Below are positions 32,801 through 47,525 of a DNA stretch of 64,000 nt, piece after piece. Within the stretch, counting starts at the first letter, position 1. Every line of letters begins with the position of its first letter. Where the stretch lies: assembly GCA_050230475.1 (NCBI GenBank), contig JBFLGF010000146.1:1-64000 (forward strand). The letters are read 5' to 3'. The stretch is from Ancylonema sp. (Eukaryota). The notes beneath the pieces are model-generated. The model did no database searches. It was not told where the DNA came from and saw nothing but the letters and a program-made list of their open reading frames with translations. The position numbers and the translations under genes are program-made.

Positions 32801-35643
32801 GGAGGAGGAGGAGGGGCCACTGTTGCTGCAACAGCCAGTGAACAGGTGCCACCTCACCATCCGAGAGTCCTCTCCATACTCCTCTCTCAGGGAAGTGGAA
32901 ACAGTCCTCTGTAGCATCCACCCATCCACAGAGGATGGACTGCTCCAGAATGGTTGCGGGGGGGGACCGAAGAATTCTTCTTTTGGGAGAGACTGGAAAC
33001 CTGAAAACCTGAAAACATGAACACATGAAAACCTGAAAACCTGAAATGGATGGAGTAGAGATGGTAGTCCGTTTGAGGTGGCCTGGGGCCACAGGATGCG
33101 AGAAGGGTGGCCTCCTCCCCTGTTGACAGCTGTCGGGCGTGGTGTAGGGTCTGGGGCAGGGCAGCAAGGAGCAGTGCGCGGGGCGCTATGTGTACATCTA
33201 CCCGCTGCCGCAGAAGTTCAATCGCGAGTTGCTGGAGCAGTGCGAGACAATGCTGCCCTGGTACAACATGTGTCCCCACTTCCAGGTGGGCGGGGGGCTG
33301 GAGGGGCTGGAGGGGGATGGGGCAATGAGTGTTGGGGAGAGGAAGTACAGGGGGTGGCTCCTGAAATTGTGATCGCAGCAGCAAGTGGTATGTGTTGTGA
33401 GGGGGGGTGTGGAGTGCCTTGGTGGGGGGGGCATGGAGAAGGCACACTTGGGGGGCTGAAGGGCAAACTTGGTGATGTGAATGGGAGGTCCTGATGGGTT
33501 GGGTTGACTTCAGTGAGAGGGGCTCATGGTGGAGGAGGGTTGTTATGGGTCGCAGAACGACGGGCTGGGTAAGAAGGTGACGTCTGCAGTGCTCACCCCT
33601 CAAGGGCGATGGTTTGAAACGCATCAGGTGAGGCGCACTGTCGTGGTTCTCCACAGCAGGGACTGCTGATGCCCATTCCTCCTCCCTGTGTCTTATTTAC
33701 AAAGGTCGTCCTGAAACCCGCGAAAAATAGGAATGACGATGAACATTATTATTCATGTCTAAAAAAAATTTACTTTTTTTTCTTTTTTTTAAACGTCTAA
33801 AACGTGAGGCATGCCCCCAAACCGACCGGCGAGTTGTTGTGTGTGGCTGATGCCGTGCCCCCCCCCCCACCAGTTCACCCTGGAGGTCCTTTTCCATAAC
33901 CGCCTGCGCCGCGCATACCCGTGCCTGACCACCAATGCGGAGGAGGCGGACCTGCTGTACATCCCGTACTACGCGGCTCTGGACGCTGTGCACTGGAACT
34001 TCGCCAAGGACGCCACCACAGAGGACAAGGACGAGCTGTCGCTGGCGCTCACTCACTGGGTGTCCAGGAAGCCGCACTTCAAGGTCAGCAGTTGGGGCTG
34101 GTGGGGATCGGGGGTCGGGGGCTGGGGGTTGGGGGTTGGGGTTGGGGGTCGGGGCTTGCTGGGTAGCTCTGGGTGTGACGTGTGTGGGTGGGCGTGATGT
34201 GGGTGGGGCAGCGGTACGAGGGGCTGGACCACTTGATGGTGATTGGGCGAGCCACGTGGGACTTCAGACGCAAGCCAAAGGCAGACTGGGGGAATGTGGT
34301 GCTGGAGAGACCGTTAATCAAGAAGGTGGGAGGGGGGGGGCAACGGGCTGAGGTGGCACTCAAATGGTCGTGGAAGAGCTTCCACGATTCCCAGTACTGG
34401 GCATGCATGGTGGCAGAACCCGGGACCGAAACGAGGACAGTGTAACTTTTGGCAGTCGAAACTCGGAACTCACCACTTTTTATATTATAGGGAGGAAGTA
34501 TGAATAGTGGTGAGTTGGTGTGGTGTGGGGTGCAGATGATGAAGGTGCTGATCGAGAGTGACGTGTTCGACAGCACGGAGGTGGGGGTGCCTGTGCCCAC
34601 CCACTTCCACCCACGCACAGAGAGAGATTTCAAGGTAGGGGGGGAGGGGGGGCTGGGGGGGCTGGTATGGGTGTGTGTCAAAAGACCCAAAAAAGGTGCC
34701 TTAGCCTTCGACTTTGATTTCTGAACCGAAATCGATGGGAATCCAAACACAGGAAGGAATGGGACTTCGAAAAGTGGTTGTATGATGCGTTGCAAATCTG
34801 TGACATGTAACCATGGTTACTCCATGGTTACTAAGGCACATTATCCGAAGTCGAGGGAGCTCTGGGGTTTAAGGGGGTTTTGTTTTGTAGGTTGAGAAAG
34901 AGAGAGGGTAGGATTGAGACACACTCCATATGACTGCCTCCATTTCTGTTATCCCTGCTGCTGCTGCTCCTGCTGCTGGTGGGAGTGTGTGGGCTCACCT
35001 GGGTGCGCCACGTGTGTTGTGTTGTGGTGCGCGTGCAGTCGTGGCAGAAGTCGGTGGTCCGTCTGAAGCGCAGCGCGTTGGTGAGTTTTGCGGCCATGTC
35101 AGACGTGGAGGCGGGGATGAAGGAGGCGCTGACGAAGCAGTGTCAGGAGAAGAGCAGCGAGTGCCGGTGGGGGGGGTGGGAGGGGAGGGGAGGGTGGGGG
35201 TGGTTTTATGGGGATTTTGGAACGCCGTTTTTTGGATGTGTTCTATGATTCCCCACGCACTGCTTGCTCTCTCATAACCGCTCTTCAAACAGGTGTCCTC
35301 AAAATCGTGTTCCTGTTTTTCCATATGCTTGCGTCAAAACGGGGGGCGTGGTAGGACACATCCTCCCCCCTCCCCCCCTAAAGAAATCTCAGAAACAGCA
35401 CTAGCAGACATCTGGCAGCATCAGAATCAGGCTCGAGAATGGCAGAGAATGGGCGATCACACAGACAAGAAAATGGAGCAAAACGCCCCACCAAAAGAAA
35501 ACAGAAGCAACACCCAAAAGAATCACCTCCCTCTTACCTCCTCCACGAACATCCTGCATCCCATTACCTTCTGGGTGATTGATTTTTAAGAAGCAGGACA
35601 GGGTAGAACACGATCACCTTCCTACATCAAAAAAATTTATAAT

Positions 35644-35695
<52 letters not shown>

Positions 35696-36773
35696 CTATA
35701 TATATACATGTGTGTCTCTATATATATATGTATATCTCTATATACATGTATGTATACATGTATGTATCTATATATATACATATATACATATATGCATATA
35801 TACATATATGTATATATATACATATGTATTTTATTAAATCTTGTGTTTGTTTCCTCGGGTTCCCAGGTACATGGAGTGCATTGAGAGCGTGTGCATGGGG
35901 CCGGGGGCGCTGATGGACCTCTACATGTCCTCCCACTTCTGCCTCATCCCGAGTGGGGGCAACGCAGCCAAGAGCGCAGGGTTCAGCGCACTGGTGGCGG
36001 GCTGCATCCCTGTCATCTTCGACGACTTCTTCACGCAGAAACAGGTGGGGCTGGCTGGGGGGGCTGGGGGGGTTGGGATGGGGAGGACGTTGGCCTGGGA
36101 GTGGAGGCAGGGGGGCAGAAGTGAGAAAGCAGAAGTGGGGGGGGAGGAAAGGGGTGACCAAACTTGTGTGTCTGTGTGCGCAGTTCAAATGGCACCTCCC
36201 CGCAGACAACGCGACCTTTGCCCACTACATCGTGGGAGACGACGTGAAAAGCGGCAGTGTGAATGTCATCGAGGCGCTCAACGCCCTCTCCACGGAGGAG
36301 GTGGGTCACTTGTGCACATGGGAATGGGGATGGGGGTGGGGGTGGGATGGGGATGGGAACCTGAAATACAAAACAGAATGAGAGGACAGGTGGTTGGGTG
36401 CCACCTTCGCGGTTTTGTCCCCCCTCTGATCATACGTCTCCAAAGTGCGATGGTAAAGAGTGCCAGATGGACTAGCCAGGGGTTTGGGGGTTGGGGGGGT
36501 TGGAGGGGGTTGGGGGGGTCGGACGGTTAGTGACCCAATCGGCTGGTGGTCGGTTGGGTATGGGTTGGGCAGGTGGAGAAGCTCCGTATGTATATTGTGT
36601 GGACACTGCTGCCGAGGCTGGTGTACAAACACCCCCGCAGCCCGCTCACCTTCCTCACAAGCGAGTACAAGGATGCGTTCGACGTCATCATTGAGGGAGC
36701 GCTGGAGAAGGCGAAGCAGCAGAGGGCGCTCATTGACGCTGAGAATCTGGCTGTGGGGAACGTGAGGAGATGA
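29810..36773 (+). CDS. GT47 exostosin-family glycosyltransferase, MUR3/KATAMARI1-like (xyloglucan galactosyltransferase clade), type II membrane protein with a long acidic stem
   Basis: Catalytic exons at about 33149-33285, 33556-33627, 33874-34083, 34212-34325, 34536-34634, 35039-35166, 35867-36044, 36184-36300 and 36573-36773: [79 protein letters not shown]. The N-terminal TM exon (29810-30029, [18 protein letters not shown]) and stem exons (about 30976-31124, 31871-32844) are joined by inference. Confidence 0.85.
35641..35830. repeat. (TA)n-type microsatellite in a GT47 intron
   Basis: Read directly from the sequence. Confidence 0.95.
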
Positions 36774-37559
36774 GGGAGGAAGGGGTTAGGGTAGTGGCAA
36801 GGGGGGCGGGGGGTTTGGGGGGGTGGAAGTGGTAGGTGGTAGATGTGAGTTCTTGTAGGAGGGAGTGAATCGCAGAAAGTGCTTCTGTCGTTCATTCTAG
36901 AGTAGGGTTCTTGGGGAGTGGAGTTGGATTGTTCTGTCAAGGACAAGGTTGACTAATATTGTAACCCCAAAGGTGGCGTGCGAGGGATTGTGATTGTGAT
37001 TGTGTTGCAAGTGCGGTAGGAAAGCATGACCCCTCCATAAGGCGATATGAAGTTGGATTATTTTTCGGACACAACTCAGGACCAAGTGTCGCTTTCAAGT
37101 CAATTAACTCACTAGAAACTCGTGTTGCGATGTGGCATATCCCTTATCTATTATTCTAAGCTTTGATCGACACCCTCCGTACCTTATTTCAAAACAACGT
37201 TACGATAATGGCAGCCTCTCTCATGTGATGTCATCATTCATTCGGTATGAGTTTGTTTTTTTAATACAGCCATAGGTGAATCCGTCACAAATTTGTCGCT
37301 ACAGCACAAGCAAACAAGATAGAATGATTATCAAAATCTTGCTGGAAAAGTGCATGGCTCTAAGTAGATGGTGAAAATGGAAGTGATGGTGATCCATATG
37401 AGGATCTTGTTCATATGGCGACGCTTTATACGGAGCACAAGGTCACAAGACAGAAGATCCTCTTTCTTTCTTTTGTGGTACTTTGTGCACGTAACTCAAG
37501 GCCCAAAAAAAGCGACAAGAGCACCTCATGCTAGGCTGAAGGTCCAAATCCGAGAAAAC

Positions 37560-40500
37560 TCAGCTATCAAATCTCCGATGTATTTTCCATATCCGAAAAC
37601 CGTACCCTAGCCTTATCAGAGCCAGCTCTATCAACATGTGCAAGATGCTTGAGATGCGTATTTTCGACCCCGGAATTTCTGTCCACGTCACCGAAACCTC
37701 CTTCATCACAATACCCAATCTTTTGCACAGAGTGACCAATTCCACGTCGAAACACCACCTGCGTTTCCAATACAATGTTATTTTGAACGAGGAATAGCGA
37801 TAGATCTCCCTATAGAGAGGATCCAATTTCCTATAAGCACACACCATGACCCATGTCTATGGAAGTCGAAGGAGAAACAATTGCAAAAAGAAAACAATAA
37901 TGACAAAATGAGATCCACCCAAAACCCCAAAAAAGTGAAAGCAGAAACGATGAGAACAAGGGAGGGGGGGGGGGGAACGGATGTAATCAATAAATCCTTC
38001 GTCACTCCTCACCTGTTCAACCTCTGGTTAGGGAACAGTAGTTGCGCAGCTTTTCTCGTAAACATTTTGAACCCACACTGCACCTCGAAACAACGACGGC
38101 ATAAGTCTGGGCCAGGGATAGGTATGGGAAGGGAGATTATGTTGTACAAGAGGGCGATCACCCCAACCCACCTGCACCAAATTTATGCTTCAGTGCAACA
38201 TTTCTCATTTCCGTGTCATGCTCTTATTTACTGAAAAAATAACACAGCAAACTATCACCCTGATTACATCTGAGACCAGGTGAAGGCATCACAAAAGCGA
38301 AAAAAATAATTAGTAGAAGGTGGGAGGCACACTGGTCTACACAGACCCTAAACCCTAAACCCCGAGCGCTCATCTGTGTTGACAAAGCCACCTCACCTGC
38401 GTGTCTTTAATCCCCGGCCCCGCCACCAACAGGACACAAAAATGGAATCCGAACATAAGGAAGTTGCGGTACCATTTGCGCTGATAGACCCCCAAAAAAA
38501 CAGAGGTGAACCGTTGAAAAATAATCGAAAATCCATGCACGAATGCGAATGTATAAATCCTTCTTCCAATCTTTCCAAAGCCCCCCTTGTGGGCTCAACG
38601 TTTGTCATAAGGTATGCAGATTAACCTGGGCTGTCTGAATGGATAGGGTTGAGGTAGGAGCGGTTCGGGCACAACAGATGCATTCTAATCAATTTAGTTT
38701 TTCTTTTTTTCCTTCCTTTTTTTTTTTGCCCTCCTTTTCCAAATATCAATATTTCATATTTTTAGCTCTATTTTTTCAACCAGCCCAAAAGCACACTGCC
38801 CTGTCTGTCTCCTCGACCTTCCACCACCCCAACATAAAGGTTGAGCGTGGAAGGGAGGGGGGATGTGAGTCTGGGAGGTCAGCCCCTGTGCCTCACTCAC
38901 GCCTCATTTCGCGCGGCTCCACAGTCCGTATACACACGCAACGTATGAAAAATATTGGGGGAAAAAAAAAAACCCTAAACAATGGAACCCAAAGAGGAAC
39001 ACTGGAGTTCCACTGAAGTTCCACATCTAAACCCTAAACCCTGAACCCTGAACCCTGAACCCTGAAACCTGAAACCTGAAACCTGAAACCTGAAACCTGG
39101 AACCTGAAACCTGAACCCTGAACCCTGAACCCTGAACCCTGAACCCTGAACCCTCACACCCACCCCTGCTGACCTTGGCCAGTGCCAGCTTCTCCAGATG
39201 CGCCCGAGACCCAAATGCTGCCGCCAGCCCATCCCCCACACCGCCCTCTGTATGGGCAACACCTGGACGCACAATATTGGCCTTCTTCCGAGACGCACCC
39301 TCCCTCACAGCTGCCGCCTTGATCTGACCACCCCCCCCACCACCGCACGATGACATCAGCAACGGCAGCTTGATGACGTCAGCCGGAGGGGAGGGGGGCA
39401 CAGGCGTTGAGGGGGGGGGGAAATGAAGTTCGACGTGTGTGAGGGGATGCGGCGGACTTGAATGGAGGGGAAGCTTCCGTGAAGGTTCCCTACCTCCACC
39501 TCCAGCTTCTCGGTGTCCGTGATCTTGGTCGCCCCATCCGCATCCGCAAAGAGAAGCAGCTGGCCTCTCCCACATTGCATGCCCTGCACACCCACAGGGG
39601 GGTGTCGGTCTCTAGCGCCATCTCGCCCTCACACCCCATTCTCAGGGGGTGAAAAAATGATGACGTGAATGTGATTACTGATACATAATTTTCTCACTTA
39701 CAATCATTATTGTTATCGTTATTCGTGCTAGCATTGTAAGGATCATGGTTATTCATCAGAATCGTGATGATTACGGATACGATTATGATTATTGCTGTAA
39801 TTATAATTCTAGTTTATTATAGTATGCAATGAATAACCATAATTAGGATGAAGATTCTTATGATCACCATGATGATGTCACATTTTCCAGCCGCGTCAGA
39901 CCCCAACCCCTCTCGCCGCATGTTCACACACACATGTGAGATGAGCGAGCGTTTGCTTCACAAATTATCGACCAATCTGCATAGAGGGAAGATCACCTTC
40001 CGAACTGCGGCACCTTTCCCCTGATTCACCCCCAGCTTGATCACGCGGACCGTGTCTACTCCGTGTTTCTTCACATACTCGAACGCGCATTCCACCGTTT
40101 TGTCGGTGCTGCCGTCGTCCACGATGATGACCTGGCAGGGGATGAGGGGGNAAGCCCTGAACCCTAAACCTTAGAGCCTGGACCCTGACCCTCACCCCCA
40201 CCCCCACCGACCTTGGCCAGTGCCAGCTTCTCCAGATGCGCCCGAGACCCAAAGGCTGCCGCCAGCCCATCCCCCCCGCCGCCCTCTGTGGGGGCGACAC
40301 CTGGACGCACCACGCTGGCCTTCTTCCGAGACGCACCCTCCCTCACAGCCGCCGCCTTGATCTGAACACCCCCCCCCCCCACCGCACGATGACGTCAGCA
40401 ATGGCGGCTCGATGACGTCGGCGGGAGGGGAGTGGGCACAGGCGTTGAGGGGGGGGGGGGGCTGAAGTTCGACATGTGTGGGGGGGTGCGGCGGAATCAT

Positions 40501-42314
40501 GTGGAGGGGAAGCTTCCCGGAAGGTTCCCTACCTCCGCCTCTAGCTTCTCGGTGTCCGTGATTTTGGTGGCCCCATCTGCGTCCGCAAAAAGAAGCAGCT
40601 GACCCCTCCCGCATTGCATGCCCTGCGCAGCCGGAAAGGGGGGGGGGGGATGATGGTGGGAATGTGATCATTCATACACGATTGTCTCACTCGGAATCAT
40701 TGTTATCATTATTTGTGCTAGCGTTATGAGTATTATTATAATTATGAATCAGAATCGCGACGACTACGATTCCGATTTCCGCTACAATCACATGATTCTA
40801 GTCGATTATAGTGCGTAATTAATAACTACAATTAGGATGAAGGTGCAGAATGGCAGAATGGCAGAATGGCAGAATGGCAGAATGGCAGAATGGCAGAAAG
40901 GGAGGTAGAAAGGGAGGAGAGAGGGACGGCAGAAGCGCTTGCCTCGTACGTGAAGGTGCTGACTAGTTTGTGGCGCTGCGTGAGGTACCTGAAGGCACGC
41001 AGTCCGGGCAGAACCCCGACTTCAACCAATTATTGCGGCAAAAGTCACGGCAAAAACGAGGAACGACAAAACCGAGGAATGACGAAAACGAGGAATTGGA
41101 ATGTAGGCGAACTGCATTGCCTTCGTGATTTGCAATCAAACAGATTTTTAATAAAACAGATTTTTGCCGTCATCATCTACTCTGGATCACTATTGTGGTT
41201 GTTGTTGTTGGTGTGGTTGTGGTGAGGTATGGGTGCAGGTACCCCATAGTCTCCTCCATAGTCACTGCCAGCCTCTGCTCCGCGTTGAAGGCGGGGAGGA
41301 TGATGGAGAGGTACTTCTCTGGGGGACCGAATAAGGAGGGGAGAGGGACCTGGTGGAGAGGGAGAGGGGGAGAGAGAGACAGGTGTGCATATCATCTAAA
41401 CGAGACGGATGTCCGAATGTGAGAAAGACAGGTATCAGAATTTGACAGAGACAGGTGTCAGAATTTGAGTGGGACATGGAGGAAGAGGTTGAGGAGGAGG
41501 AGGAGGAGGAGGAGGAGGAGGTTGACTCTTAGGAATGGACACCCTTCACATGTACGCCCCAATCATTGGATAAATCAATGGGGGGATTTGCTCCCTCAAA
41601 ACTGAGCTAGCAATGGCTCCACCTTCAGAGCATTATTTCCAATGATGCGTTATTTCCAGGATGTCTTCATGAGAATCCGAATGCCCAGTGTGAGAAGAGG
41701 AGAGGGCAGGGGAAGGAGACGATTAGAAACACACCTTTTGGAGGGAAGTAGGATCTTCCAGATATCCCTCCGGGACTGTTACTCTGAATTTGGTCCCAAC
41801 AAATCAAGTCAGCAGCTCGAAGAAGACTTAGAAAAGAAAAAAAGATTTTTTTTGGCCAAGGGACTGCTGTTGGATGCGACAAGAGGTTTAAAATGAGGGA
41901 GAGCTGATTCCTCACCTGACACCTGCTTCCAGCCGGTATAGCCAGTCCATTACGTAGCTCAATATCCAAACGAAGACCAGAGTACCCTGCCCAATGCCCC
42001 ACCGATTTCACCATACAGATGATTCGACGGGATAGAATTTCGTATACATTTGGTGGGAGGTGCATCTGTGTGCTGCACACTGTGAAAACTAAAGTTCTCG
42101 CGATGAGGATGCTGTGATTGGTGCGTCCGGCTAAATAGTGATGTAAGAGCTGCATGCAGGGGCGCAAAGGAGTGCAGATGCGCTGCTATTGCTTTTGCGT
42201 TTTCGTTTGCACTTGCGTTTTCGTTTGCGGGCACAGAGAAGGCCCGCATACCAATATAAGGCTGCCAAGAAACACAGGGTGTACATCCGGGACGCCTCCC
42301 CAGATAGACGTCAT
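37560..42314 (-). CDS. ALG5: Dolichyl-phosphate beta-glucosyltransferase (GT2), spliced
   Basis: Exons at about 42314-42252, 41986-41916, 41783-41735, 41349-41245, 40988-40945, 40131-39997, 39583-39494, 39323-39173, 38480-38397, 38082-38013 and 37758-37560: YLEDPTSLQKVP, EKYLSIILPAFNAEQRL, YEVIIVDDGSTDKT, NQGKGAAVRKG, LFADADGAT, GSRAHLE, IKDTQCGFKMFTR, RWCFDVEL, WTEIPGSK. Confidence 0.92.
39027..39154 (+). repeat. Interstitial degenerate telomere-like array CCCTAAA/CCCTGAA/ACCTGAA
   Basis: 7-bp units starting CTAAACCCTAAACCCTGAACCCTG. Short tracts also at about 38345-38363 and 40153-40192. Confidence 0.85.
40152..40843 (-). repeat. Diverged duplicate of two ALG5 exons with flanking introns
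   Basis: About 40533-40622 and 40212-40362 repeat 39494-39583 and 39173-39323 with substitutions; begins right after the N at 40151. Confidence 0.9.
40845..40898 (+). repeat. (GGCAGAAT)n 8-bp tandem repeat
   Basis: Read directly from the sequence. Confidence 0.9.
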
Positions 42315-42965
42315 CACAGAAGGCTCAGAAATCCACTGACGTCTGCTACAAAATGCGGCCGGTGACAGAATTTTAGAGGGTAGTCTCCGATTGCTTCTCA
42401 GAACTCGAGTGCGAGTAAGAGTAAAGTTATGACCCCGTACATTGTGCTGCGTCTTTTCAGGGAAATGACGACGACTTGAAAGCAAAGTAAGATTACACTG
42501 AATGTGCAACGATTTGTTGGGGGGAAATGGACGATTTGCAGCGCTGACAAACGCTATGGAAATATCCAGAGCCAGGTTGGAGTACCTCTAAGACCGGAAT
42601 TTTCTAAAAGCGTGATTGGGGAGTTGGAGAAGACATGCTACTCTGAAGCTTCGTCGGCATCGGCAAACAGATCAGCATGAATAACTGATACGTATTTCAA
42701 ATTCGGCCCCCGTTCCAAGCTTGTTCGTGCTTCACTACATTCGTTCTTTACTCCGCACACGACCGTTCATTTCTCCGCAGCTGGTTGATAGGGGTGGAGT
42801 CCGTCTTGCGAAGCATTGCATGACTTTGTGCCTGACATGGCAGTCATTTGACATATGTTTGAGGGCTTAAAATCAGACCTGCAATCCAAATATGCTAATA
42901 TTGTCGGGTTTTAATCATGGTCAATTTGTACGGGTTTGAATGGGTTGAATATGCTGGGCTGGGTG

Positions 42966-43246
42966 TACAACAAATACTCGTTACTGGCTTATTCGTTACA
43001 GGCATAATCTCGTTATGGGCACCAAAATCGCGTGTCCGACGGCCGGTCCGATTCGGTACGGATCGTCCGAATGAGAGTGTGGCCGAAATTGCATGACCGA
43101 AAAAGTTCACCGACATAGCAGACGACGATTTTTTTTGGATTTCCCTCGTTACAGGCATATCTGATCTGATATATATATAATATATTATATTATATATCTA
43201 TATATATATATTATATATAGTATATATATATATATATATATTATAG

Positions 43247-43283
<37 letters not shown>

Positions 43284-43314
43284 ATATATATATATATATA
43301 TATTAATATATATA

Positions 43315-43346
<32 letters not shown>

Positions 43347-43546
43347 ATATTATATATATATATATATATATAATATTATATATATATATATACTATATAT
43401 ATATAATATATATTATATATATATATATATATATGGTGCCCCTAGCAAATATGCCTATAACGCATGTACACGTTACAGAAGCAGCCTTGCTGTAGGCACA
43501 GGTTTCCCGTGTCTCAAAGGTTTGCCTATAACAAGTATTTACTGTA
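42966..43546. mobile_element. Tc1/mariner (pogo-like) MITE containing a (TA)n tract
   Basis: Left end TACAACAAATACTCGTTACTGGC versus rc of the right end TACAGTAAATACTTGTTATAGGC (18/23 identical), TA at both ends. Inverted subterminal motifs CGTTACAGGCATA/TATGCCTATAACG and GGGCACCA/TGGTGCCC. Confidence 0.65.
43170..43434. repeat. (TA)n microsatellite
   Basis: Read directly from the sequence. Confidence 0.95.
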
Positions 43547-44123
43547 CAGTATATTCAGCATCAAACTGTTAAAGGCACATACAGGTCAGACCGACGAGTC
43601 AAGACGTGATTATGCACGTGTAAAGAACAAATAGTATATACTCTGTGATGTTGAGCTTATAACATTGGCATTTAACATATCGCGTCCACGACAGACAAAT
43701 TCCCGGGGAAACATATCATCCAAATTGTGCGGTATCGAAGTCCCATTTGAGCTGTACGGTTCTGCGATGAGGAATCGCCGTACATTCCGTACGTACATTT
43801 ACCGTTATGATCCCGTCCTTTCCGTCAGCCCTGAACCCCACTGTCTTCTGTATGCCAAATGACCTGCCGCTGAGATACAAGAGGTGAAGGAATCCACGGG
43901 AAGGTTTCTCTAGCAAAGCGCTGTCTGGAGTAAGGTGAGCTACTCTCAACCTTAGCTCAGAAAAACTGTGTTGTCATCTCGACTGTTTCCGCCGCTTGCC
44001 GTAGGCTGCCGAATGCGAAGTATTTGTCACGACACCATCGACAATGTGAAGGCGAAGATTCAGGACAAGGAAGGTCCTCGTTTGCCGCTTGGTTCTTTTG
44101 GGTCAACGATTTTGCTTCCTTGA

Positions 44124-46781
<2,658 letters not shown>

Positions 46782-47525
46782 AGAGAGAGAGTGGTTTATG
46801 AGGATCATTTGTGTTTGGGCCTGTATTGAGTACAATCAATTTGCAATTGTTGACATATGTAAGTCTAATGTGTGACAATGTAAGTGGGAGTCGCAATGAT
46901 AAACGTATTATCATATTTTTGGCCCCTGTGGTTGAAGGTTGCGATAAGTGTTGATATGACTTACATGTTTTCTCAATGTCTTCTTATCAGGTGGAAGTCT
47001 TGGTTTAACAAATTTAGATGCACATGGTGCTTTCACATGAACTTTAAAAAACGGGAATTGAGCAATCGCACTTCTTGCTCACGAGCTCACTCGCCTCCGC
47101 TGCATGGGTACAGACGCACCACATGAATTGCCCATTGCTTTGTGTATTTGCATACAACCACATGATATATATACACTTATCTCACCCATGGGTCACTTCC
47201 GGATAAGAACTTATACCGCATCGCCATGATTACCGAATTGGGGTCGACAATATACGACACAATCTCAATATGATGGAATCCGCAATGGACTGAAGCGCGA
47301 AATTTTATTCTGAGGGAACGCCGGGATTGCAAATTCGTCGTTCGAGGAGTGTCAAGAATGCGATAGTGATGAATCTGGGGTTCCAAACGACGCAGATCAT
47401 GCAACATCCTAGTTGCAGAAATTCAGACATGCAAGTTTGTCTCGGAATGAAGCATTTTTTTTGCGATGTAGCAAAGCATATGTATTTGCTGAAAGGTGTA
47501 CTGAGCGCACCAAAAACTTTTTATA

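Noticed and set aside
31860..33167. 435-aa minus-strand Pro-rich ORF
   Set aside because: Antisense shadow of the purine-rich GT47 stem exon.
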